Assembly: GCA_050950825.1 (NCBI GenBank)
Contig: JBMNIH010000004.1
Coordinates: 256,001-320,000 of the forward strand
Reading direction: 5' to 3'
DNA length: 64,000 bases
DNA from: Clostridia bacterium
GTDB taxonomy: Bacteria > Bacillota > Clostridia > JAAYHZ01
Under the pieces are notes generated by a model. That model was not told the DNA's origin, did not search any database, and saw only the letters and a program-made list of their open reading frames with translations. This document shows, one piece after another, positions 45,341 through 57,596 of the stretch. Made by a program: the position numbers and the translations under genes. Each line of letters opens with the position of its first letter. Positions within the stretch are counted from its first letter, which is position 1.

Positions 45341-45529
45341 GCCGGAATGAGCAGTGAGACTGCCGAAACCGGCAATAGGCCTGCCGGGGCGGGCAGTAAA
45401 CCTGCCGGAACAAGCAATGAGGTTGATAGAGTGGGCAGTGAACCTGCCGGAACGAGCAATGAGGTTGCCGGAGTGAGCAGTGACCTTGCCGGAACCGGCG
45501 GAGAGCATGCCGGAACAAACGGTGAGTCT
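45341..45529 (+). repeat. Nine tandem 21-bp (7-aa) coding repeats
   Basis: Units resembling GCCGGAACGAGCAATGAGGTT (AGxSxEx). Confidence 0.85.
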
Positions 45530-48500
45530 TCCAAAGCATCGGCGGATACCATCAGCGCAGCAATAGACAATACGGCGGATCCGGCGAATGCCCCCTCTGC
45601 ACAGGAGGAGCAGATGCTTTCTGTCAAATCGGCAAATGCCCCGGCTGCACCGGCCAATCTGTCCGGTATATCGACCAATCTGCAGGAAATGTCATCATTT
45701 TCCCATGGCATTGCCATACAGGCAACAGGCGAGCTTGCAGTACCGGAAAAGGAGCTGGAACAGCTGAACCAACTCCTTTCAGGGCTGAAAAATGCGACAG
45801 GACGGCTGCTTGAACCAAAGGAGTACAGCGATGACCTTGTGTCAATTCCGTCTGCAATGAATATGAAGGCTATATGGCAATCACCGGACGAGGCGCTTGT
45901 CCATATGACCCCATCGGGAGACTGGATCCCCGAGCAGGGCTACAAGCTTTACAGGAAAGTTGAAGGTCAGGAAGTTCTGATCAACGAGAGTGCTTTGTCG
46001 CCGGTACCCATCCTGTCCGGAGAAATTCAGATTGCCGATGCTGATATGATAAAGGCACTTTACAAGCAAGCGGAGCTGACGCCGGAAAAACTGAAAGTCC
46101 TGGATATGACCGCTGAAGAGTTCAGGGATAAGGCCTACCGCGTTGATTCCCTCACGCCGAAGGAACGCATAGGCGGCAAAGTGGACTTCCTCGCAATGAA
46201 AGAGGCGCTTATTACAGTTCCCGCAAGCATGGAGCAGAAAATTCCCCAAACAGACATTATGTTTGGTTTTCCTATATACATTCAGGATAACATTTCGATT
46301 TATCAACATAATTTCTCTGAATTGAAAATTAATCTTATGCAGAAGTTTTCACTTGTTCATGCTGCGCAGCCGACCGGTATCAGAGGATTTACACAGCTTC
46401 CTGACGGCGCAAAAAAAGTGAAGCTGACCAAAGATATCATGTCAGCCCGGCAGCAGATTTCCACGCTCGCTTTCGTTGATGATGAGTTTGCGGAAAAAGC
46501 CGGATTCTTAGTCCGCGATGATCTCTCAGCGCTTAACCTGTCAAATGGTACGAGGGTTCAGTATATCGTCGAAATGCCTGACGGCAGTCGGTCATTCGTT
46601 AACATTACCCACGGAGAGGAGAAAAACCTTACAAAACCGCAGGAGCTGATGGGTTACGGCATTGACGGTAAGGTGATGCTACGCTGGGATGTGCCGCAGG
46701 ACGAGGAAGAAAGAAGCATTGTAAGCGGTTATCATATTGAGCGCAAGCTCGAAGATGAAACATCGTTTACTAAAATTACGGAGCAGCCCGTTGCAATTTC
46801 TTACATACTTGACGAACACGATATGTATTTTGAGTTGCCGGTATTCTTTGAAGACGAGGTCGAGGACGGCCTTACGGCTGAATACCGTATTTATTCGATT
46901 GATGTATTCGGCCGGAGCAGCGAGTATTCGGATGCTGCCAGCGTAACAGTCTATCGCGTTACGCCACCGAACGCGCCCGTTATAGAGTCACCTGCGTTAT
47001 CGGGCAAACCGGAACCGGTTGTGAATTCGACACAGATGCAAGGTACTTCAGCGAATACCGGTGAGAGTTCGGTCAGTGCAGTTTCCTGGTCAGGTGTTGT
47101 ACATTTGCCCGGGTCAGTCCTTCAGGATGCAATGGAACTGAATAAATATAAACCCGGTATCGTTCTGCCGATTTTTACCGATACGCCCGATACTGTGCGC
47201 TTCACGATATACCGTGCCAAAGCAGTCGGCGCGGAAAGTTTCGGACCTCCGGAGATCCTCGCTGACATCTCCTATGATAACCCGCGTCCGCCGAAGCCTC
47301 AAAGTTTTGTAGACGAAGGCGAAGACGACGAATTTGATGCCGGGCCGTCTCAAATTGAAATGCTGGATACTGCCGCCTCTTCCTCTTCCCAAAAAGAGCT
47401 TAAAAGATCTGAAGACGACGGCGATGGCGGTACTGTTGACAGCCGGCCGGATCAAATGAAAACGCTGAATAAGCCTGCCTCTCCCAAAACAATGCAAAAA
47501 AAGAGCAATAAAGGAATACATGTCGTGTTGGCTGAGTACAGTCCTCACCAACCCGATCTGGTCTATTTTGACTCAGATGTTGAAGAAGGTTGTACATATA
47601 AATACTGGGTCTCGGCCTGGGATAAATGGAATAATGAAAGCGCATGGTCACAATCGGTCACAATGGGCATTCCCACCAAGAAAGAGCCTGAGATTCCGAA
47701 AGAGATTGATATAGCGATGCATGTACGCAGGCTTCCTGATCGCTCGTTTGCCCCTCCCGGGATGCTCGTCAACGGTCCGATCCAATATGCCAAACTCCCG
47801 AACTCCGGCGCAAAGACACTTATGTCCGGTAACATTGAATGGAGCTATGCCGGAGTAGACTTCCCCGACCGGAATTACCCGGACGGGGCTGTCCTCGGCA
47901 CGGTTGAAAATGCTATCGCCGACAAAGCCCGAATAGGAGGATTTTTACTGGATGACCGTGTTCCGGCAGTGATCGATGCGGAGTATGACAACCTGCCTGA
48001 TCGCAAGTATATCCATAAGTTTGTAGGAGTGAAAGGTGAGGATGTGCTGTCCGGCGGCATTGCTGTCCTCAGATGGCCGGCCTATACGGGAGAAGGTCTC
48101 GAAGGCTACGCCGTCTACCGTCCGCTGTTTACCCCGAAAGCCTTGGAGGAAATGCAGCAGATGTCCTACAGTGAGCTCGTGGCTATGGGCAGATGGCAAC
48201 TCGTGAATGATGAGGTAATCAAGCAGAATCAGCTTATGCTGAGCGGGCTTGACGATACACCCGGAAGTCTGTCGCTGTTCCTTGTCTGTACTCGAGCCCG
48301 AAAAAGAGCCGGAGGATACATCCGCTGTATCCGATGATGAAAGCCTCAGCGCGGACCTTCCCGAGGGTGGTCATGTCTTTCTAAGCTGGGATAAACCCGA
48401 CGACCCGCAGGTGCAGTATTACCGCGTCTACCGCAGCGAGGTGCCCTCGTTTAAAGAGCCTGTTGACGAATCAAAGCTCGATTGGACTCTGGTCGGTGAC

Positions 48501-49837
48501 CGCATTGAACACAACCGGTTCACACACCGTGTGGAGCAGAGCTTTGCGCACTATTACTATTACAAAATCACATCGGTGTCCCCATGGGGCGTTGAATCGA
48601 TGGAAGGCCGGATACAGCGCTTCCGCGTACCCGCCACAAAGCCCCCGGATACTCCCAACCTGCTTTTGCCGCTCTCGACGAAGGACGGCGTGAAGATAAA
48701 TTTCTCGGCGGTACGGCATTGCGACCGCTATGAAATATGGCGTACACCGATACCAATACATTCGATGGAGGAAGTCAAAGAATTGGCAAAGACGCATCCG
48801 GAACTGTACGAGGCTCTGTTCGGGTCTCCTGATACGTCTAATGAGGATTTCATCAATAACTATTTTGACACGCTGAGCAAAGAACGCGAATCAGCCCAGT
48901 CGCAGTATGTACCCATGCAGTTCGCCTCCAGGTCCGGCGAGTCTGTACCGATGCAGCTCACCTCAGGCTCACCGGAAGGACTTGGGTTTATGTCAATGCC
49001 GTTTACGGTAGGTCTTTCAAATCAGGAGCCTGCAATGTCAACGGCGGCTAAACCGGGACTATCGAATCCGTCCCGGGTCAGAACGCTAAATCCTGTCGGC
49101 AAATTCAAGACGCTTTCGATTTTCAACATCTCCTCGGTTAAGAGGAATCTCGAAGCTCTCTCCTTGGAGAAGAAACTGAATGTCTATAATATAATTCTCG
49201 ACAAATACGGCCCCCTTGCGATTGCCGATTACTCACAGCTAAGCTGGGAGATGAGCAGGCGGGTTAATTGGGAAAAGATAGGTGAAATTCTCGCTGACTA
49301 CACCACGACCGAAACAGTCGATCCGGCCACCGGGCTTTTAAAGCCGCTGTCGTTCACCGACAAAACCGCGCAGTACGGCGTCCTCTATCTTTATACCGTC
49401 CAGGCATGGAACGACGACAACCTCGGTTCCACGCGGCCTGAGCCGGTGATAGCCACGCCGCGCAGAAATGGTCCGTTTGACCCCATCGACGGTCTAAAAG
49501 GGGAAATTGTCAATGGAGTTCCGACGCTCGTATGGAATACGCCAAAAATGAAAAATGTTTTGCCCGAAAAGTGTCTTGAGGATACGGTAGGTTATATCGT
49601 ATACCGCTCGGACACGAGGGATGGCACATACTATCAGGCAAGCCCGCTGCTCTTCGAGAATAGATGGGTCGACACCGAAGCTGACAGGAACGCCTTCAAC
49701 TGGTATAAGGTCAAAGTTCTTGATACGGGCGGATATCTCTCGGATTTCTCCGAGCCGGTACTCATTCAGCAGACCTTCATAACCGATATGGTGACCGTTA
49801 TTCCCAAGTTTGATCTGCCCGACAACATAGTCATAGC

Positions 49838-50425
49838 GCCGAGAATAAGCTTTGACGGCAGCAATTTTACGGCAGACGAAGGCATGGTGTTTGAAACCTC
49901 ATACAGCCTTTCGGGCACCGATCCAATTACCGTTACTCTTAAGGCTGCTGACAGTAAAGGCGCCGAGGTAGACGGATTTGCGGTGAATGCTGCTTCACGC
50001 AGGGTAACGGCTTCATCAAAACTCGGAGCAGGAACTTATACAGTTACGGTAACGGCAACAAACAGCGCAGGAGAAAGCAAGGCTTCGTTCACACTTACGG
50101 TAAAGCCCAAAATAGTAATTACAGAGCCCAATATAACGGATATACCTCTTGTTGTGAAACCTAAAATCACATTTGACAAAAGCAGCTACAATGCCGTTGA
50201 GGGTACAGCGTTTGAAACCTCATACAACCTTACGGGCACCGAGCCCATTACAGTTACTTTGAAGGCTGTCAACGCCAAAGGCAGCATAATCCGCACCATT
50301 AGGGCGGATGCGGACTCACGGAAGGTAATCGCTCCGTCGACGCTTCCCCCTGATACCTATACAGTGACGGTGACGGCAAAAAACAGTGCCGGAGAAAGCT
50401 CAGCTTCGTTTATGCTAACGGTAGT
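49838..50425 (+). repeat. Tandem duplicated Ig/cadherin-like domain
   Basis: P.I.FD...EG..FETSY.L.GT.PITVTLKA...TYTVTVTA.NSAGES.ASF.LTV occurs twice; a more divergent third copy follows. Confidence 0.85.
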
Positions 50426-53400
50426 GCCATCGGGTGAGCCCCCGAAGCTTTCCGAACGCGATGACGGTTACCGGTTTAAGATGTACCTGGCACTATTCGG
50501 ATCGAATGATTTCACGGTACAGTTCTCCGCGTCGGGTACCGAGCCCCTCGAATGGTCGCTTGAGCCTTATAAGGAAATAAGTATTCCTGATGAGATAACG
50601 ATAAACGACAGGGGGCTTTTAACTGTTAAAAACACTGTAAAAAAGGGTACTTACCGGTTTGTTGTAAAAGTCGGCAACAAATTCGGATCAGATGAAAAGA
50701 CCGTTTTTCCGGATGTTATGCCCCTGCTTCAACCGGATGTCACGAAGAAGCCGGATAACTCGATTATACCGAGGGATTCTCTTCCACCGATTGTCACGGT
50801 CGCATCCACGCCCACGCCCGGCCCGTTTATAATAAAGTCTATAGGCTTTCTCGACACAGTTTCGGTAAGCGGTGCGGGTACCGTGCATACAAACGGAAAC
50901 ATCAATGCGGCGTCAGAACTCCCACAGGTTGAAATATTCGATTATACGAGTAACTATGTGAAATGCATGAGCTTTACTCTGAGCGATGTGAAGCTGAATG
51001 GCGGGCAAAACGCTTATTACGGCACGGCAATGCTGAATCTCGGCGGAGCAACCGTACCGGTATATATTATACGGGCCGGTATCTCACATCTAGGCGGAGA
51101 GGATATCATGACCGATGGCTCTGTTTTTATCGAACAGCCTTTCGAACTATCGGCTGTCGGCCTGACGCTCGTATCTCTCGACATCTCGCCTCATGCAAAT
51201 TATGCGAAGGTCTCCGGATATATAAAAAGCACGGTCACGGGCAGCAACCTTGCCGGTGATTTATATTCGCTAAAATTTGAAGATGCGAACCTTACCCCGG
51301 GTACAATCACAATAAGTAAAAATCTGCCCGATATTCGCTACAGGCAGTTAAAAATATACAATATAAAAACCATTGTTATAAACCTTAATGCCGCACAACA
51401 ACAGGGAAAGGATTTGCTCTCGCTGCAGGAACCTGACGTTGCTATGAAATTCCACCTCGAAACGCTCAGCAACGAAGGACTGGAGTTTGAGACAGACAAT
51501 TCGCTTTCATTTGATACACAGGGCAGGCTTAGCGGTCGCATTTTTACGAATAAAGAACAATTCCTGCAACTGCTCGTACCGGGCGGTGCAGGACTTAGGG
51601 CAGGCGCTGCCGAGCTTGAGATTGCCGACGGAGAGTTTAAATCAAACGGCAAGCTTATAGGCAAGCTCGTGATACCGTTTGAAAAGACAACCACACAGGG
51701 TCCTCTTGTACCGGCTATTTATGCGGGCGCGCATCCGGCGCACAGCGAGCTGGACGACCTGGCGTCCGGCAGCGGAGTTCTTTCGCAGGAGCATCAGGAT
51801 GCGCTGAATAATTCGCTCGTACACTATGGTCAAAAGGTGCAGCAAAACAGTCTCCTTATCCTGCCTAAATCCTTTGAGCTGCAGGATAAATGCGCATCGG
51901 CCTCTATCTACCTCGTTGACTGGAGCGGAGAGGGTTTTGTGATTAAATCGGCGACCATGGATAATGTAAGGGTGACCAACCGAAACTTATCCGGTATAGA
52001 TAAGCTGGGCGATTTTGAGGTGGGTGACTATTATCAGCGCGAACAGGCTCTTATCCTCAGTGGGGGCAGCGATAAGCTCGGATATGATGTGTCCATAGAT
52101 CTCAGCCGGGAAGATAGTCTGCCGAAAACGGGAAATACGCAGGGTCAAAACAATGATACGGAGATATTGACTCCGAAGGAAACCGAAAAACCATTTTGGG
52201 TAGGCATTGTTGTCGGGAAAGCAGAATTGGAGCTGCCGTCGAAATATCTCCGGCAGGCCGACGGCAGTATTATTCGGTTCAACCTGGCAGAGGGCGAAAT
52301 GCTCTATGACCTTAACGGATTCAACTACCAGACCTATCTGTACGGCAGCGACCCGGAGGGTGTGCCGGCACAGTTCGGGGATAACCTGGGCGGTTTTAAG
52401 GATGTTCGTATCAAGGACTGTCTGCTCGACCTTTATGCCAACACAGTCAATCTCGAAATAAACGCGACGGTCAGGGTTGAAATCCTTCAGAACGAAAAGA
52501 TGGAAGCTAAACTCTACACCGACAAAAGCGGAGAATTCATCTGCTCGGTGGCGCCAACGAATGTTGCGCTGGCAAAGGGCATCAATATGAAAATAGCCGG
52601 GGGTTTTTTTGAAAAAGAAGGGATGCGTATAAGCGGCGAGATGATGCTGCCTGCTGAAGGATTCGATGCAGTCACGAAAGACCCGCCGGGCTTCACTGAT
52701 CTGACCATTCCAAGCAGTCTTGACGCGGTAACGCCTGGAATTGCTGCAAAAAGCGCAGCCGCCGTTGTGCTTGACAAGCCGGTGAACATCAACTTTAAAG
52801 GTTTCCCGATGGAGGTGCGCGAATTTGAGCTGAGATACAGGAAAAAACCGGCTGCTGTTTTTCAGTTTCCGGGAGATACGAAGAGATACGATTCGATACA
52901 AATAACGCTGCGAGGCGCCACACGGCTTTCCGATAATATTGCGCTCTCACGCGATACGACTGACTCTCTTGCAATAAAATGCAGCTTTGCGGACCGTGGT
53001 GCTCCTCCGGACGCGATGCCGGAACCGGTTTTGCTGTATGAAGAATCCAAATCCGAGCTTAACACATCCTTTGACGGCTGCATCGACATTACGGCAAAGA
53101 AGCTAATCCCGAAGAAATTGCCGCAAGGCAGCCAAACGGGAGGCCTTGTGGAGTTTGAAACAGACGGGCTCGACCTGAATTTCCTCGGTCAAAGCCTTAA
53201 GAGCCTGCCGGTAACAGCTAAAACCCGATTCGGCAAGCAGCCGGACGGCAAATTCTATTACGCTGTCGGGCTGACGCCTCAAAATGGGCAACCCATCAAT
53301 TTCGGCGCCGGTGATGTGGATAACTTTACGGGACTGGTTGCGTATAATATGGCTGTTGGCACCGATGAACAGGGAAGGTACCGGTTCCCTGACAATCCCG

Positions 53401-54569
53401 GCCAGATGAGTGCATACATTGATAATCTGGCGGTAGGCGGCGGTAAATTTGTGGGCGGTATCAAGGGTGAGATGAATGTCACCGGCCTGTGTAAAATCAA
53501 AAACCTGTATTTCGGCTTTGAGTCCGGACCATCAGTCAGGGCAGAGGGTGACCTGTACCTGCCGCTCAGCATAAGGTCCATCGTTGAGGGACAGCCTGAT
53601 AAATTCATGGGCAAGGCATCCATCTGTTACCGACACCAGGATCGCTACCTCTCTTTCAGCATGACCCTTGAAAGAATAAATGTAGTTTTGGCCGAACTCG
53701 GCGGAAGTCTGGGCTTTGAATACAGCCCCAGCCTGTTTGGGGTTTACCTTGGCTATCCCGAGACGCTTGCAGGCAATATTGGCATATTCCATGTCGGAGC
53801 CGGAGTAGGATTCCGTTACGATTGGGATGAGGAAGCAGGCATGATTCAGGCCAAGATTGAATTCGGCCTTGAAAAGAACCTGAATATTGCTATTGTTTAT
53901 CTCAGAGGCTATCTCTATGCAGGTGCCGATGGGGCATATTACTGGAGCCATGACGGCAGCAGTATTACGCTGACGCTCTATCTGAAGGGAGGCATTGAAG
54001 GCGGTGTCAAGATCGGAGGTAAACGGTTCAAGGTTATAGGCTTTTATCTGGATGCCCAGGGTACTTTGGTATCAAGTCCGGGATTTGACAAATGGAATCT
54101 CGCATGTTCTGCAACCGTTGCTTACAGCGTCGATGTATTCCTGTTCGAGGTCGAAGGCTCGGTCACTGCCGATTTCGCAACTACAATAGGCTGACGCCAG
54201 GCGTATCGATATTGCAGACTGTCTGTTCAGATGTGTAATGAAGAACTATTGTACGATAACGGAAACAAAAGCTTCATTTGCGAAGTATATATAATTTCCT
54301 AATATTGTACAGTAGTTTTTCACATGTATAGTACTGCTCATGTGGATTCATAACGCTCATTTCCTAATATAACCTTATTTTGAATGAGTTTTTACTCTTT
54401 ATTATATCTGATATACTAGCCAAACCCTCAATTTTTCAGTATAGGAAGCGCAGGAAGTCCACCCGGTACAGCGTATAATTTTCCGAACGATGATTTCCAG
54501 TCTTTTTATCCAGGGATTGAGTAACGGTTGCAATGCAATATTTTTTTGACTCCCCTTAACAAAAAAATC

Positions 54570-54733
54570 CGGGTAAATTTTACAAGTAAAGGCTTACGGG
54601 GATTCTACCTGTTATCAGGAAAATGCATATGTTGGTATTCAAAAATGAATTGACGTATAAATTCGTCAATTTGGGTGGTACCGCAGAAGCTATGGCTTTT
54701 GTCCCATATTTTGATGGGATGAAGGCTTTTTTA
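54570..54733 (+). promoter_or_regulatory. Orphan T-box riboswitch (3' part)
   Basis: AGTA, CCTGTTATCAGG, stem III AATTGACG/CGTCAATT, T-box GGGTGGTACCGC (54673-54684), terminator TTTTGTCCCAT/ATGGGATGAA + T-run. Confidence 0.8.
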
Positions 54734-54786
54734 TACATTTTTTTGTTATACCGAAAACGCCAAAGGTGAGTGACATTAGTACATCG

Positions 54787-56220
54787 CCGGCGTATGATAG
54801 CCGAAATGGACGAAGGCCGAATCGGCACGATTATTGTAAAAGACATGTCGAGGCCGGGGCGAGATTATCTGAAGGTCGGCTATTACACCGAAGTCGCATT
54901 CCCCGATGCCGATGTGCGCTTCATTGCCGTCAACAACGGCGTGGACAGCGCAAACCAGCAGAAAAGTGATTTTACTCCTTTTTTGAACATCATAAACGAA
55001 TGGTATGCTAAGGATACGAGCAAGAAAATACGCGCTGTGTTTAAAGCTAAGGGAGAGTCCGGTAAGCCACTCTGCACCAATCCGCCCTACGGATACATAA
55101 AAGACCCGGAGGACAAAATGCGCTGGATAGTGGACGAAAAAGCCGCTGAGGTGGTCAGGGTGTTTTTCAAAATGTATATGGAGGGCTTCGGACCCACGCA
55201 GATAGCGAAAACCTTGAGAAGAATCAAATTGAAACACCGACGGTTCACCTGAACAGTATGGGCATTAAGACTCCCGCCAAGCAGACGGAAACGCCTTATG
55301 CATGGTCAGCGCGTACGGTAGCAGACATTCTCGCAAAAGTCGAGTATCCGGGACACACGGTGAATTTCAAGACTCGCAAAAAATCTTACAAGAGCAAGGA
55401 GAAGATTTGGAACAATCCCGAAGACTGGATGGTGTTTGAAAACACACATGAAGCCATCATCGACGAACATGTCTGGGAAACCGTCCGGAAAATACGAGAT
55501 GGTAAACGCAGACCATCTCGCATGGGTGAAATGGGTGTATTCTCCGGCATGATGTTCTGTGCGGACTGCGGGGCGAAGCTGTATCAGGTCAGAGCCAATG
55601 GCCGGACGCATGACAAGGAATACTTCGTCTGTGCTACCTATCGCAAAAAGAAGGGTCTGTGCAGTTCGCACCAAATACGCAATGTGATAATTGAGGAACC
55701 GGTACTTGATTATTTGCAGCAGATCATAACCTTTGTGAAGGAACACGAGCGAGATTTCATCACAGCCGCCATGAAAAGTTCAGAAAGGCGGATTACTGAA
55801 GACCTGCGCATGGCACAGAAGGAATATGAGCAGGGACAGGTGAGAATTTCCACACCGGATAAAATCCTGAGGAAACTGTATGAAGACCGTGTAATGGAGA
55901 GAATTTCGGAGGAACGTTACTATAAAATATCATCGGACTATGAAGCCGAACAGAGAAGCCTCGTGGAGAGAGCCACGGTATTGAAACAGACGCTAGATGC
56001 CGCAAAGGAGGAGAATCTGAACATCGACCGTTTTCTCAAAATCGTACGCAAGTACACGGAAATTACAGAGTTAAGTGCTGAAATTATTCGGGACTTCATC
56101 GAGAAGATAATCGTGTATAAGGCTGAAAAGGTAGATGGTGTTCGAACCCCGCGAATTCGAATCATTTACAATTGCATCGGAGCAATAGATTTTCCGAAAA
56201 TGGACGAAAAAACGGCATAG
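54787..56220 (+). pseudogene. Large serine recombinase (TnpX/DUF4368 type), 5'-truncated and frameshifted
   Basis: KDMSR(P)GR, PPYGY, HEAIID, CADCG Zn ribbon, C-terminal IRIIYNCIG; catalytic YxRxS N-terminus absent; frameshift near 55218. Confidence 0.9.
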
Positions 56221-56285
56221 CCGCTATTCACGACTATGCCGGAACTTTTCAGGGATATAAAATCCCTATGTGAGGACAGCTTTCC

Positions 56286-57545
56286 ATGTCTTTTTATCTT
56301 TCCTCGCTTAACGGTCTTGAAAAAGAAATCATTCGGGAGCTTGAAAAGCTCTACATTTACGATTGTCACGAGCATCTGCCGCCGGAAAAAGGGCGCCTTA
56401 AACAAAAGCCCGACGCCTTTACGCTGTTTTCCCACTACTGCCAACACGAGCTCTACACCGGAGGAATGGACAAAGAAATCATGGCCAAAATCCTTTGGCA
56501 GCCGGGCGATATCGATTGGAAGTGGAAAACCTTCGAACCTTTTTACAAGCAAATGAAGCACACGAGCTATTGCCGAGCGGCTCATATCACCATGGAAAAG
56601 TACTACGGCGAAAAAGAGCTGACCGCGAAAAACGTACATGCCGTCAGTGAACGTATACAAAAAGCCAATACGCAAGGTCTTTACGACTGCGTACTTCGAG
56701 AAGACTGCAAAATCATCGCTTCCATTAACTGCGACGGTCCCTTAGACGATACCCATTCGGGATTGATTCGCCAAACCGTAAGAGCCATCGACTATATTTA
56801 CTCCTACAAGGACGTTTTGAAAAAGTTTGGCGACGGCGAAACGTCTATCGATTCCGTGGACGATATATTAAAAGCGTGCGAAGGCTACATCGTAAATGTC
56901 AAAGAAAAAGGTGCCGTCGGCGTTAAATACATGTCCTTCTACATCGATGGGGCGACAAGAGAAGATGCGCAAAACACCCTTAAAAGGCTTAAGAACGATC
57001 CTTCTTTGGTTTTACCTCGAAGAAATCCTTTGAATGAATTCGTTTTGACGTCCCGGCTTCGCATGACGCATGATAAGGGTCTTGTCAACTGCATGCATAC
57101 CGGCTATCGGAACGATTATCGGGAGCTTTCTCCCGCCAATCTACTCCCCTTTATCATGAAAAACCAAGACGTGAAAATCGACATCTACCACGCAGGCTAC
57201 CCTTACGTAAGAGAAGCCATTATGCTAGGCAAGGTTTGGCCGAATATTCGAATGAATATGTGCCGGACCTACTTGATCAGCCAACGATTTGCATTCGACG
57301 CTTTGGACGAAATGCTCGAAATGCTGCCGGATAACAAGATCATCGGTTTCGGCGGTGACTATTATGTCGTGGAAAAGGTATTCGGGCATCTTGTTATGGC
57401 CAGAGAAACCATTGCTCGCGTTCTTGCGAAGAAAATACAAGACGGGTACTTGTCTTTAGATAGAGCCTTGGAAATCGGAAGAAAAATGCTGTACGACAAT
57501 CCGAAGGAATTTTACGGATTCAAAGACGTGGGTTTCAACGTGTAA
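56286..57545 (+). CDS. Amidohydrolase family protein
   Basis: DCHEHL (HxH), HTG, HAGYPY, GFGGD; possibly decaying (candidate W->R changes). Confidence 0.8.
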   Translation: MSFYLSSLNGLEKEIIRELEKLYIYDCHEHLPPEKGRLKQKPDAFTLFSHYCQHELYTGGMDKEIMAKILWQPGDIDWKWKTFEPFYKQMKHTSYCRAAHITMEKYYGEKELTAKNVHAVSERIQKANTQGLYDCVLREDCKIIASINCDGPLDDTHSGLIRQTVRAIDYIYSYKDVLKKFGDGETSIDSVDDILKACEGYIVNVKEKGAVGVKYMSFYIDGATREDAQNTLKRLKNDPSLVLPRRNPLNEFVLTSRLRMTHDKGLVNCMHTGYRNDYRELSPANLLPFIMKNQDVKIDIYHAGYPYVREAIMLGKVWPNIRMNMCRTYLISQRFAFDALDEMLEMLPDNKIIGFGGDYYVVEKVFGHLVMARETIARVLAKKIQDGYLSLDRALEIGRKMLYDNPKEFYGFKDVGFNV

Positions 57546-57596
57546 ATCCTTTTCTTGTGATATAATTTGTTCAAATGAAAAGAACGGAGAGATACA

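Larger units (their letters stand above)
44900..54194 (+). pseudogene. Giant (~3,100 aa) FN3/Ig-repeat surface protein with beta-rich C-terminus, frameshifted at ~48290
   Basis: ORFs 44900..48337 and 48249..54194 join as ...LFLVC|LEPEKEPED... if A48290 is removed; N-terminal TM; FN3 motifs (LRWD..GYHIER, YWVSAWD.WNNES, YYYKITSV). Confidence 0.75.
42259..56270. mobile_element. Decayed ~14-kb mosaic genomic island
   Basis: Bounded by an addA fragment and a large serine recombinase remnant; contains several pseudogenes and an orphan T-box; boundaries approximate. Confidence 0.65.

Noticed and set aside
45341-45529. Possible CRISPR array
   Set aside because: 21-bp degenerate in-frame tandem units with no spacers and no cas genes; a coding linker repeat.
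48270-48340. Programmed ribosomal frameshift or phase-variable tract
   Set aside because: No slippery heptamer or long simple repeat at the inferred junction; neighbouring genes are decaying.
54200-54570. Possible gene remnant between the giant gene and the T-box
   Set aside because: An RBS-like AAGGGGAG on the minus strand is followed only by short interrupted frames; no family recognisable.
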